From an uncultured Lewinella sp. (GTDB taxonomy: Bacteria; Bacteroidota; Bacteroidia; Chitinophagales; Saprospiraceae), in contig CAZTTF010000117.1 in the NCBI GenBank assembly GCA_964616365.1, positions 156 through 64,155 on the forward strand: DNA of 64,000 nt, read 5' to 3'. Position 1 is the stretch's first letter. Every line of letters starts with the position of its first letter. The position numbers were made by a program, and so were the translations under genes. Shown here in pieces: positions 19,907-29,600 of this stretch. The notes under the pieces are model-generated. The model was given only the letters and a program-made list of their open reading frames with translations, did no database searches and was not told where the DNA came from.

Positions 19907-20821
19907 TTAGGCAACTTCGTGCCCCCGGGCAGCTTCCAGGATGGCAAACCAGTCTTCACGACTAAGGTCAAGTTCCAAAGCACTCAAGGTTGCCGTTAAA
20001 CGTTCCTTTTTCGTCGTACCTACCACTGGTAGCATTTGAGCAGGATGGCTCAGAATCCAGGCGAGTAGGATGATGTCTTCAGAAACATTACCGTATTTTT
20101 TTGCCAACCGCTTCACGGTATCCCGCAAGCGTAAAACACTGGTTCCTTCGCCGGCAAAATACTTACTACCACCAAGCGGACTCCAGATCATTGGGTGCAA
20201 TTTGGCTTGCATTAACTGGTCAGTAGTTCCGTCAAAAAGTACACCCGGCTCAAGGGGATTACATTCTACCTGGTTAGTTACCAGTGCGGTCCGGCTGTTT
20301 AGCAGGGAGAACTGAGTTGGGGTGAAATTGCTTACCCCGAAAGCGCGTACTTTACCGGAGGCCCGCAGTGCTTCAAACGCCTCGGCAACTTCATCGGGGT
20401 GCATCAGTGGGTCAGGGCGGTGAATCAGAAACAAGTCCAGGTAATCTGTTTGCAGCTGCTGCAAACTGGCTTCTGCACTTGCAATGATGTAGTCCTTACT
20501 GGTGTCGTAGCTTTTGATCTTGTTGTTAGGCCGTCGGTGGGTAGTTAGCCGGATGCCGCACTTGGTGACGAGCTGCATCTGGGCGCGGACGCTGGAGCCA
20601 AGGGAGGACAGGGCTTCGCCGAATGTAGCTTCCGTTGAGTAGTGACCGTAGATGTCGGCATGGTCGAAGGTCGTAATGCCGAGGCTCAGGCTGTGTTGGA
20701 TCATTTCTGCCATTTTGCTGGCAGGATAATCAGCTCCCCATTCTCCCCAGGTCATGGTGCCGGCAACAATTCTGGATAGTGTCGGCCCCTTCGGGGCCAG
20801 CTTGATCTGCGAAATACTCAT
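19907..20821 (-). CDS. Aldo/keto reductase family oxidoreductase
   Basis: 304 aa. FDHADIYG motif and typical AKR length and layout. Confidence 0.8.
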   Translation of the reverse strand: MSISQIKLAPKGPTLSRIVAGTMTWGEWGADYPASKMAEMIQHSLSLGITTFDHADIYGHYSTEATFGEALSSLGSSVRAQMQLVTKCGIRLTTHRRPNNKIKSYDTSKDYIIASAEASLQQLQTDYLDLFLIHRPDPLMHPDEVAEAFEALRASGKVRAFGVSNFTPTQFSLLNSRTALVTNQVECNPLEPGVLFDGTTDQLMQAKLHPMIWSPLGGSKYFAGEGTSVLRLRDTVKRLAKKYGNVSEDIILLAWILSHPAQMLPVVGTTKKERLTATLSALELDLSREDWFAILEAARGHEVA

Positions 20822-20951
20822 GGGGCTAAGGTAGACTTTGTCGGGCGGATATTATACCACCCATAGTTGATGCCAGTGCAGCCGTATGCCGCGCCCGTAA
20901 ATTTTACTGCATCAGAAGAATGCTCACTATCTTCCCGGAAAAACAACCATT

Positions 20952-22895
20952 ATGCTACGCTACTTGCTTTGCTTAATCCTAATCTCGGCGGCAGGGAGTT
21001 CACTGCAAGCACAGGAACTATCATTATTCGAATCTTTCACGGACCACGCAATTTTACAGCGGGAGGCTCCGCATCCGCTATGGGGGTGGGCCAGGCGAGG
21101 ACGTAAGGTGACGGTAAGCTTTAATGGCACGGAGTACAAGACCAAGGCAGATCGTAGCGGGCGTTGGGAGGTGGTACTACCCGCAACGCCCGCTGGCGGA
21201 CCGTTTACGATCACTGTTTCTTCCGGCCGGCAGCGTCGGACGCTAAAGGACATTTTCTTCGGCGACGTGTACCTCCTTTCCGGCCAGTCAAATATGGAGT
21301 GGCTGCTCCGGAATTCTGACCCTGATGGTAGTAGGGCAGCTGCAATTGCGGACCCACTTATTCGGGAGCTGAAGGTACAGAAGTCTTATGCCGCGAAGCC
21401 CCAGGAACACCTGGATATCGATGAGGGATACTCCCTTAACTGGATGCGGGGTGATGAGGATATGTCGGATTTTAGTGCTGTCGGAAGCCATTTTGCGCAC
21501 TATCTGCGTAAGGACGTAGATGTACCCATCGGCTTGCTGCACGCAAGCTGGGGAGGAAGCCGGATTGAACCCTGGATGAGCCCGGAGGCACTTGGTGTTG
21601 ATCCTGAAACGGCGCTTCGTGAACACGATGATGCGATGGCGAGTGCTGGCCGTGAAGGCATGGCGGCATTCAAACAGCATTTCCCGGGAAGAACACTGCC
21701 CAAGGAGGATAATGGGGAAGCAATGGGCTGGCTGCTGCCAGACCATAATGACGTGCGCTGGCCTTCCATGCAATTACCCACCTTCTGGGAGGCGGCAGGC
21801 TATCCTAACGTAGATGGGGTATTCTATTTTCGTGGGACTTTCTTCCTGACCGAAGAACAAGCGAAAGGTGATGCTACCCTTTATCTGGGGGCTATTGATG
21901 ACGGTGACTGGACTTACATTAACGGTTCACTGGTAGGATCAACCCCAAATGCTTACTCAGAACCCCGGGAATATGTAATCAAGCCCGGTGTGCTGAAAGC
22001 AGGCACCAACAAAATTGCTTTCCGCATTTTTGACGGACAGGGCGGCGGAGGCTTCAGCGCAGACCCTGGGTCCTTCTTTTTGAAAACGGCAGCTGGAAAA
22101 GTTATGCTGGCGGGGGACTATAAATACAACATCGGAGAGTTCCGCGTAGGCGCACAACCCAACCAAATAGCGACCATCCTCTACAATGCCATGATTGCTC
22201 CCTTAGAGGGCTATCCATTGACAGGTGTGCTTTGGTATCAGGGAGAATCCAATGCCGGTTCAGGAGATAATCTCGCATATGCCGAGCTCAAGAAAAGTCT
22301 GATTACCTCCTGGAGGGCGTTTTTCCGCCAGCCCGACCTGCCTTTTTACTGGGTACAGTTAGCTAACTTCATGGACCCGGTCAGGACGGCCAACGAACCC
22401 GGTTGGGCAATTTTGCGGCAAAGCCAGACACAGGCCTTGGAACTACCTCACACGGGGCAGGCCGTAATTACTGACATTGGTGAAGCCAATGATATCCACC
22501 CACGCAACAAATGGGAAGTAGGGCGACGCTTGTCTTTACACGCTCTGAAGAATATTTATGGTAAGGAAGTACAAGCGAGTAGCCCCATGATCAAAGAAGC
22601 AGTAGCCTACGAGGGCATGGCCTTCCTTGAGTTCTCTGAAATTGGAAAGGGATTGATGGTCAAGGCAGAAGATCGCTATGGCTACCCCACTGGGTTTACT
22701 GTGATGGATGACTCCGGAGAGTGGCATTTTGCGCAAGCGCTGCTGCAGAAGAAAGACAACCTTGTTGTACTCGTAAATCCTGCCGGAACGGGCATAAAGA
22801 AAGTCCGCTACAACTGGGCCAATAATCCTGATGGCAATTTATTCAGCAAAGAAGGGCTGCCGGTTACCCCTTTTGAGGTGACGGTCGAAAATTAA
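20952..22895 (+). CDS. Sialate O-acetylesterase-like (SASA/DUF303) secreted esterase
   Basis: 647 aa. Signal peptide, LLSGQSNMEW motif near the N-terminus, WYQGESN in the second half and a central beta-sandwich-like insert. Confidence 0.7.
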   Translation: MLRYLLCLILISAAGSSLQAQELSLFESFTDHAILQREAPHPLWGWARRGRKVTVSFNGTEYKTKADRSGRWEVVLPATPAGGPFTITVSSGRQRRTLKDIFFGDVYLLSGQSNMEWLLRNSDPDGSRAAAIADPLIRELKVQKSYAAKPQEHLDIDEGYSLNWMRGDEDMSDFSAVGSHFAHYLRKDVDVPIGLLHASWGGSRIEPWMSPEALGVDPETALREHDDAMASAGREGMAAFKQHFPGRTLPKEDNGEAMGWLLPDHNDVRWPSMQLPTFWEAAGYPNVDGVFYFRGTFFLTEEQAKGDATLYLGAIDDGDWTYINGSLVGSTPNAYSEPREYVIKPGVLKAGTNKIAFRIFDGQGGGGFSADPGSFFLKTAAGKVMLAGDYKYNIGEFRVGAQPNQIATILYNAMIAPLEGYPLTGVLWYQGESNAGSGDNLAYAELKKSLITSWRAFFRQPDLPFYWVQLANFMDPVRTANEPGWAILRQSQTQALELPHTGQAVITDIGEANDIHPRNKWEVGRRLSLHALKNIYGKEVQASSPMIKEAVAYEGMAFLEFSEIGKGLMVKAEDRYGYPTGFTVMDDSGEWHFAQALLQKKDNLVVLVNPAGTGIKKVRYNWANNPDGNLFSKEGLPVTPFEVTVEN

Positions 22896-23086
22896 ACGGA
22901 GACATTTATAGGAATGCCCAAAGGTAACTCCAGGTTTTTGCGATTAAATGTGCACAAGGTGAGCGTAGGAAATCTTACTATTCCCAGCGTGCTGCTGGCG
23001 GTATTTCCCGTATTCAGGCTACCTTACGCCTGGCAGCAGTGGACCCTGCTGTAAGTTTGTCACCTATTGATCAATAACTCAATGCT

Positions 23087-23104
23087 GCACCTGCGGCCGC
23101 GCCC
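23087..23104 (+). repeat. Family B 18-mer GCACCTGCGGCCGCGCCC (contains a NotI site), abutting the qor start codon
   Basis: Exact 18-mer, immediately followed by the ATG at 23105. Confidence 0.9.
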
Positions 23105-24085
23105 ATGAAGTATATTCAGCATAACGACCCCACTCCCGGAGCATTTTCAATTCAGGAAGCACCAGACCCAACCCCTGGTCCGAATGAAGTAGTTATCTAC
23201 GTAGCTGCAGCAGCCTTGAATCGAGCGGACTTACTGCAGGTGGCTGGCCTTTATCCACCGCCCGCAGGGGAAAGTGAAATTTTAGGACTTGACGTAGCCG
23301 GAACGGTAATTGAGGTTGGTGCTGAGGTTACAGATTTTGCGGTAGGGGATAATGTCTGCGCCTTGGTCGGTGGTGGCGGCTACGCGCAACTACTTGCTAT
23401 CGACGCATCAATGCTGCTGCGCTTGCCAGAGCGCTTGTCTTTCACCAAAGCTGCGGCCGTCCCTGAAGTGTTTCTTACCGCTTTTCAGGCGCTTCAGTGG
23501 GTTGCAGGGGTTAAAGCCGGAGACAATGTCCTGATTCATGCAGGGGCAAGTGGGGTCGGCACGGCTGCCATTCAACTTTGTAATTACTACGGCGCCACAC
23601 CAATTGTCACGGCTTCAGCGAGCAAGCATGAACGCTTGCGAGAACTTGGGGCGGCACACTGCATCGATTACCGGGCGCAGGATTTTGCCGAACAAGTACG
23701 CGCAATTACTAACGGTAAGGGTGCGAATATTGCGCTTGATTTTGTGGGGGCACGTTACCTCAAACAAAACATGGAGGCGCTGGCTATGGACGGCCACCTG
23801 GTATGCCTTGGATTTCTGGGCGGTAGCTACCTGGAAGGGGCCAGCCTTGCTCCTTTAGTAATGAAGCGCCTGCACATTACCGGTACCACTTTGCGTTCGC
23901 GTGACCAAGCCTACCGGGAAGCCCTAGTTGCTGATTTTCGTAATGACATCTGGCCTCAGTTTGCCAACGGCACCTTGCGCCCGGTGGTCGACATGATCTA
24001 CGACTGGGAGTTAGTTGCTGAAGCACACGCTTACATGGCAGCAAACGCTAACGTCGGCAAAATCATCCTGACAATCGGAGAGTAG
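23105..24085 (+). CDS. NAD(P)H:quinone oxidoreductase (MDR superfamily, PIG3/QOR type)
   Basis: 326 aa. Cofactor motif HAGASGVGTAAIQL and typical MDR layout. Confidence 0.8.
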   Translation: MKYIQHNDPTPGAFSIQEAPDPTPGPNEVVIYVAAAALNRADLLQVAGLYPPPAGESEILGLDVAGTVIEVGAEVTDFAVGDNVCALVGGGGYAQLLAIDASMLLRLPERLSFTKAAAVPEVFLTAFQALQWVAGVKAGDNVLIHAGASGVGTAAIQLCNYYGATPIVTASASKHERLRELGAAHCIDYRAQDFAEQVRAITNGKGANIALDFVGARYLKQNMEALAMDGHLVCLGFLGGSYLEGASLAPLVMKRLHITGTTLRSRDQAYREALVADFRNDIWPQFANGTLRPVVDMIYDWELVAEAHAYMAANANVGKIILTIGE

Positions 24086-24107
24086 CCTTCCAAATAAATT
24101 GGATGAT

Positions 24108-25349
24108 TTATTCGTAGCGAAGACTTTCGATGGGATCCAGTGCCGCTGCCCGCAGGGCAGGGTAGAGGCCTGAGAGCAAGCCTACCACCGTACAGACAAT
24201 CAGGGCAATCCCGATCCATAACCACGGTATGATGAACGAGCCTCCGGCGAGCAGGGCAACGCCGTTACCGGCCAATACACCCAGGATGATGCCCAGGATA
24301 CCGCCCAATTGGCAGATAAAGATGGTTTCGATAAGGAACTGGAGCATCACGTTCCGGCGCGTAGCGCCGAGGGCTTTGCGTACACCGATTTCACGGGTCC
24401 GCTCCGTAACCGATACAAGCATGATGTTCATCAGACCAATTGCAGCCCCAAGCAGAGTCATTAAGCCAATGGCTACCGCTGCAAGGCGCAGGGTGACAGT
24501 ATTCTCTTTAATGATACCTACCAGGTCAGAGCTGTTTTCAATTTCGAAGTCATTTTCTTCTCCGGCTTTCAGTCGGCGGACTTTCCGCATCGTGATGGTC
24601 GCTTCGGCAATGGCGGCCTCAATTTTGGTAGGGTCGCGGACGGCGATCAATATATCATAGCTCTTTCTGCTGTTACCATAGTAGCGTTTGGCCGTCTGCA
24701 GTGGAATAATTACCCGATTGTCCTGGTTGCCGTTCATGGCGCTTCCCCGGCTTTCCAGGGTGCCAACTATGACCAAGCGAAGTGGTCCGGTAGTAATCTC
24801 TTTACCGATTGCATTACTTGCTTTTCCTTCGAAGAGGTTTTCTACAATTTCTGAACCGACAATGGCAATATTGCCTCCCTCTAAGGTTTCTCGCTCAGTA
24901 AAGTTCCGGCCAGATTTTACTTCGTATCCTTTACTGTTAAGGTAGTTGTTGCTGGCGCCCCAAATCGATACGTTGGGGTTTGTTTTCCGGTCCTGATAAC
25001 TCACTTCAGCTGCGCCAGAGGCGAAGGCGCTTACACTTACGTCTGCCGGGAAGTTGAACCGCTCCATGAACTCCATGGCCTGGTCATAAACGAAGGGGTC
25101 AGATTGTTTCCGTGGCCCGCGGCGGCCACCGCCGCCACGCAGGTTAGTACTTACCCGCTCAATCTCAATGGTGTTGGCGCCGAGGCTCGAGAGATTGGAG
25201 GATAGTGAGTAGATAGCAGCGTCGATTGCTGTCAGGATCCCTACAAGTGCCATAATGCCAACAGCAATGATTAAGGTTGTTAGTAGGGCACGCAGCAGGT
25301 TTGCCTGTACACTGCGAAAAGCCACCCGAAAGTTTTCTAGTAATCCCAT
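24108..25349 (-). CDS. ABC transporter permease, MacB/FtsX type
   Basis: 413 aa. N-terminal TM, large extracytoplasmic domain and C-terminal FtsX-type TM bundle with REIGVRKALGA. No ATPase gene adjacent. Confidence 0.8.
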   Translation of the reverse strand: MGLLENFRVAFRSVQANLLRALLTTLIIAVGIMALVGILTAIDAAIYSLSSNLSSLGANTIEIERVSTNLRGGGGRRGPRKQSDPFVYDQAMEFMERFNFPADVSVSAFASGAAEVSYQDRKTNPNVSIWGASNNYLNSKGYEVKSGRNFTERETLEGGNIAIVGSEIVENLFEGKASNAIGKEITTGPLRLVIVGTLESRGSAMNGNQDNRVIIPLQTAKRYYGNSRKSYDILIAVRDPTKIEAAIAEATITMRKVRRLKAGEENDFEIENSSDLVGIIKENTVTLRLAAVAIGLMTLLGAAIGLMNIMLVSVTERTREIGVRKALGATRRNVMLQFLIETIFICQLGGILGIILGVLAGNGVALLAGGSFIIPWLWIGIALIVCTVVGLLSGLYPALRAAALDPIESLRYE

Positions 25350-25596
25350 AGCGTCCCAAAGGTAATTTATCCACTGAGCTGATTTGGCCGTTTTCGACGA
25401 ACGACAACTTTTGGAGGATATTTGTGACGATCGGCCCTAGTATAGCGTAACATACATTGGGTGTGGCCGCTGCGCTTTGAATTTATTCAGCCATGAAGTG
25501 ACATGTTTGGTAATTTTCAGCCGCTATCGACGGATGTCTGGTAATAGGCCATAAACCTTGCCGCCTTTTGCGTTCAGTATCATATAATCGTTCACT

Positions 25597-27087
25597 ATGA
25601 AGACCGTTTTCTTTTTGCTTTTATTACCCGTGTCACTGCTGGCTCAGTTTGTTGCCCCTTCAGCAAGCCCTGCTGCGCTTTCTCGTACCGTAGTTGGCTA
25701 CACCGCATTGGAGGTAGAATACCACCGGCCAGCACTGCGCGGTCGTAAGATATTTGGAGAGCTCATTCCCTGGGGTGAGGTTTGGCGGGCAGGTGCCAAT
25801 CGTAATTCATTGATTCGTTTTGAACAACCGGTATCTATTGCCGGAGAGATGGTCCCCGCCGGGACTTATGCTATCTTCGTCATCCCTCAAGCTGAAGGTA
25901 ACTGGACCTGGATCGTCAACCGCAAAACAGATCATTGGGGAGCGCGTGGTTACGATGAAAGCGAGGATGTGGTTCGTCTCGAGGCAAAGCCGGTAAAACT
26001 TAGAGAACGGATAGAGAGTCTGGAATTCCGCTGGCTGAATGCCTATCCGCAGTCGGTAGAATTGGCCCTGGAGTGGGAATGGACCCGTGTCGTTCTGCCG
26101 ATCGGGCTTACTACAGATGAGGAAGTTGCCCAGCGGGCAACCGAGCACCTGAATCCCGCTAAAGATCCCAAGGAGTACTATGCTGCCGCACGGTATTATC
26201 TTGACAACGGGCTCGATCTCCGGCAGGCGAAAGCCTGGATGGACCGTTGGGCTGCCGAAGATGAAGAGCAGTTTGGCCGCATGCGTTATCAGGCCATTAT
26301 CGAATATAAACTGGGCAACGAGGCGGCTGGCCGCCGCCTGATGGAGCGCAGTCTCGAGCTGGCGCGCACTGCAGGTAACGCGCATTACGTACGGATGAAT
26401 GAGCAGAGCTTGCGGGACTGGACCCGCACCCCGGTTTCCATCACTGCTGAGCTACTCCTGGACAATAGCATTAAATACCATGACCCACAGGGGAAATGGG
26501 GGAGTCAGCCTCACGACCTCCGGTTGGCGGAAAGCCGCCCCTCAGGCGGAGTGAACCACACAAAGCTCACCATGTACCCAGCCAATGGTGATTTTGCCAT
26601 GACGCAATCACGGGGAAAGAACAACATCGAACTAAGCTACCTCAACGGAGCATTCTCGGCGAGCCATCAGGGTAATTCAAACCTAGATCCTGCGAAGCTG
26701 GAACAGTTGCGATTGACTAAAGACCGTACACTCTGGCTTCGGGATTACTACACTTACCTGTTTGGATTGCCCATGAAGCTCAAAGACCCTGGTACCGAGA
26801 TCCAACCACAGGTGCACCAGGTATGGTTTAACCACCAGGAAATGCTGGAGCTGGAGGTGCACTATGCTCCTGAAACGGGAAGGGATATCTGGTTCTTCTA
26901 CTTCAATCTTAACACCTATGCGCTGGAGGGCTACGCTTTTTACCACGAGAAAGATGGTCCGGGTACCGGCGAATACATTATCCTGGAGGGAGAGGCGATC
27001 GTCGATGAAATGCGCTTACCCGCCGAGCGGCATTGGTACTTTACGCACAACAACCTTTATTTGGGTACTGACGAAATACTCCACTGA
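25597..27087 (+). CDS. Secreted DUF2911-like protein with uncharacterised C-terminal domain
   Basis: 496 aa. Signal peptide. The GEVWRAGAN motif recalls DUF2911. Family assignment is from memory only. Confidence 0.5.
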   Translation: MKTVFFLLLLPVSLLAQFVAPSASPAALSRTVVGYTALEVEYHRPALRGRKIFGELIPWGEVWRAGANRNSLIRFEQPVSIAGEMVPAGTYAIFVIPQAEGNWTWIVNRKTDHWGARGYDESEDVVRLEAKPVKLRERIESLEFRWLNAYPQSVELALEWEWTRVVLPIGLTTDEEVAQRATEHLNPAKDPKEYYAAARYYLDNGLDLRQAKAWMDRWAAEDEEQFGRMRYQAIIEYKLGNEAAGRRLMERSLELARTAGNAHYVRMNEQSLRDWTRTPVSITAELLLDNSIKYHDPQGKWGSQPHDLRLAESRPSGGVNHTKLTMYPANGDFAMTQSRGKNNIELSYLNGAFSASHQGNSNLDPAKLEQLRLTKDRTLWLRDYYTYLFGLPMKLKDPGTEIQPQVHQVWFNHQEMLELEVHYAPETGRDIWFFYFNLNTYALEGYAFYHEKDGPGTGEYIILEGEAIVDEMRLPAERHWYFTHNNLYLGTDEILH

Positions 27088-27602
27088 TGTCTACCCTAAA
27101 TTCCCCTCAGGATCCACGCTACCAGGTTGCTAACCCTATGGACAAAGGCCTTTTCAGACTGCTGCCGCTGGCAGCGGTTATTTTGGCATTTGTACTTGTT
27201 GCGGCCAACTATCAGTCGCTCGCCGACTCCATTCCAACTCACTTTAACGGACGGGGGGAAGTAGACGGTTACGGGAGCAAGGTGATGCTGTGGGTGTTAC
27301 CCGTCCTCAATCTTGGCCTGTTCTACTTTTTGGGACTTGCGGCGAAATCTGATTTCCGTTGGTTCAACTACCCGGTAAAAATCACCGAAGAGAACGCAGC
27401 CATCCAGCATGCCATCTCTCTCGAGTTGGTTGCTACAATGCGGGCGGTGCTTTGCCTGATGATTGCCTACCTCGTATTTGCCATCATTCGGTCTGCTCAG
27501 ATGGAAATGAGTATGCTCAATATGTGGTTTTTTGGAAGTTTTCTCCTGGCCTTGTTCGGTGCTATCGGGTGGGGAACTTTAAAGGCGCTCAGGGCCAGGT
27601 AA
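27087..27602 (+). CDS. DUF1648/SdpI-like integral membrane protein
   Basis: 171 aa. 4 predicted TM segments and IPTHFNGRGEVDGYGSK motif. Its ATG overlaps the upstream stop (TGATG). Confidence 0.5.
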   Translation: MSTLNSPQDPRYQVANPMDKGLFRLLPLAAVILAFVLVAANYQSLADSIPTHFNGRGEVDGYGSKVMLWVLPVLNLGLFYFLGLAAKSDFRWFNYPVKITEENAAIQHAISLELVATMRAVLCLMIAYLVFAIIRSAQMEMSMLNMWFFGSFLLALFGAIGWGTLKALRAR

Positions 27603-27672
27603 ATAGCAGAGGGGAAGTTATACCCGCTAAAGAGTTGTGACAAGAGGCGGGGTCGCAGGTGCAAAGTAGAGC

Positions 27673-27785
27673 TATCGCAAAGTAAGAGCGGAAGTCGTCC
27701 AACGCGTTGTTTTGGTCTGGCGTAGCCGGGAAAACCTCGTTTGACGGCTAGAAGCATTGGAAGAGTGTAGACTTTGTGATAGCAC
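27673..27785 (+). repeat. Family C ~110-bp structured intergenic element, copy 1 (upstream of purD)
   Basis: About 75-80 percent identical to 34931-35032. The ends form a 13-bp stem, gctatcgcaaagt / actttgtgatagc. Conserved inner hairpin CTGGC-GTA-GCCGG. Confidence 0.8.
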
Positions 27786-27903
27786 TGAGGTGCAAAGGGA
27801 TGATAGCTGGGCAGAAGCGCTCCTTGTCCTATATTGTCAGCTCACGGAAGGGGCTAAGCCCAAACTCTTTTCCTACCTTCGCCATCAGTAGCAAAATACT
27901 GAC

Positions 27904-29175
27904 ATGAATATTCTTCTTCTGGGCGGTGGTGGCCGCGAGCATGCTTTAGCTTGGCGACTGAGTCAAAGTCCCCTTTGTCATTCTTTGTACATCGCACCGG
28001 GTAATGCTGGCACGGCAGCATACGGGACCAACCTGGCGGTCAATCCGAATGATTTTCCGGCCCTCAAGGCTGTAGTGCTTGAGCATGAGATTGGCTTGGT
28101 TATCTGTGGGCCAGAGGAGCCACTTGTCCGTGGGGTACAAGACTTTTTTAAGCAGGATTCAGCCTTGGCCAACGTACGGTTTATCGGACCCAGCGCCGAA
28201 GCGGCTCAACTCGAAGGGTCTAAAGCCTACGCGAAGGAATTTATGGCGGAGTTCAATATTCCTACTGCCGGCTACCGGAAGTTTACCCGGGAGACCCTGG
28301 AGCAGGGAAAGGCTTACTTGCAGGATTGCAGCACACCGATCGTACTCAAAGCTGATGGCCTTGCCGCAGGCAAGGGAGTTGTTATCCTCAACGACTGCGG
28401 GGAAGCACAGGAAGAGTTGACCGAGATGCTCGGAGGGAAGTTTGGATCCGCCAGCGAGGAGGTTGTTATCGAGGAGTTTCTGGATGGTATTGAGTTTTCA
28501 GTATTTGTCCTGACTGATGGCAAAGACTACCGGGTGCTGCCCGTTGCCAAAGATTATAAGCGCATTGGCGTTGGTGATACCGGGCCGAATACCGGCGGTA
28601 TGGGGTCAGTAAGTCACCCGCCATTTGTCGATGCAGACATGATGGCCAAAGTAGAGCAAAAGGTTATTAAGCCTACCCTGGAGGGGATTCAGGCCCGTAA
28701 CCTGGACTACAAAGGCTTCATTTTTATTGGTCTGATTTCGGTAGAAAACGAACCCTACGTCATTGAATACAACTGCCGGATGGGAGATCCTGAAACGCAG
28801 TCCGTCATGGCACGCCTAAACACCGATATGGTTCAACTTTGTCTTGAAACGGCTGATGGCGAACTTGCCACTGCTACCGTCGATATTGACAGCCGTCAGA
28901 CAGCCACGGTGGTTCTGGTAAGCGGCGGTTATCCGGGGGCATACGAAAAAGGGAAGGTCATTTCCGGAGTTGAGCACGTCAAGGATAGCATGGTATTTCA
29001 TGCAGGCACCAAACGCAACGAAGCCGGAGCACTGGTCACCAGCGGAGGGCGCGTGCTGGCAGTGACCAGTTACGGAAAAACCTTTGAAGAGGCCCTCGCC
29101 CTTAGCTATGATAATGCAAAGAAAATCGTCTTTGAGGGCGTAAACTACCGGGGTGACATTGGCTTTGACCTTTAA
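27904..29175 (+). CDS. purD: Phosphoribosylamine--glycine ligase
   Basis: 423 aa. NILLLGGGGREHALAW N-terminus, ATP-grasp core and GGRVLAVT near the C-terminus. Confidence 0.95.
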   Translation: MNILLLGGGGREHALAWRLSQSPLCHSLYIAPGNAGTAAYGTNLAVNPNDFPALKAVVLEHEIGLVICGPEEPLVRGVQDFFKQDSALANVRFIGPSAEAAQLEGSKAYAKEFMAEFNIPTAGYRKFTRETLEQGKAYLQDCSTPIVLKADGLAAGKGVVILNDCGEAQEELTEMLGGKFGSASEEVVIEEFLDGIEFSVFVLTDGKDYRVLPVAKDYKRIGVGDTGPNTGGMGSVSHPPFVDADMMAKVEQKVIKPTLEGIQARNLDYKGFIFIGLISVENEPYVIEYNCRMGDPETQSVMARLNTDMVQLCLETADGELATATVDIDSRQTATVVLVSGGYPGAYEKGKVISGVEHVKDSMVFHAGTKRNEAGALVTSGGRVLAVTSYGKTFEEALALSYDNAKKIVFEGVNYRGDIGFDL

Positions 29176-29271
29176 TACGAATCCATAGCCTGGCACCACC
29201 CATTTTTTGCCTATTTACTCTTTAGAAGTGGTTTTTTCTGATAGCATTTGCCTGCCTGGCAACTGTCCTGG

Positions 29272-29289
29272 GCACCTGCGGCCCCGCCC
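29272..29289 (+). repeat. Family B 18-mer, 17/18 variant (GCACCTGCGGCCCCGCCC)
   Basis: Intergenic, between purD and the PorP/SprF gene. Confidence 0.8.
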
Positions 29290-29600
29290 ACATGTATGCT
29301 CATGAAAGTGAGTCGTGAATTATGCAATTGGGAACGGGACGTCATCAACTGTACAGAAATAGGACATCTTTTCTTACTTCCCTGCAGGTTTCCTGTCGTA
29401 TCACCGACCCAAGGGGGGGAACATTTCGTCCGAATTCAAGACTAAAGACGTTCTAGTGACGTACATCCGTTACCTTGACCGGTAGTTGTTCTGCGGACGT
29501 TTTGGCCATTCGTCAAAACCAGGCGAGCACTATCTTCGTTAGGCCAACAACAACTGCCAACCGTGAACCGCTACCTGATAATAGCCAATTAACCTTACCC

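Noticed and set aside
20867-21106. 79-aa ORF overlapping the start of the esterase gene
   Set aside because: It is off-frame and overlaps a well-supported CDS that has a clear signal peptide at 20952.
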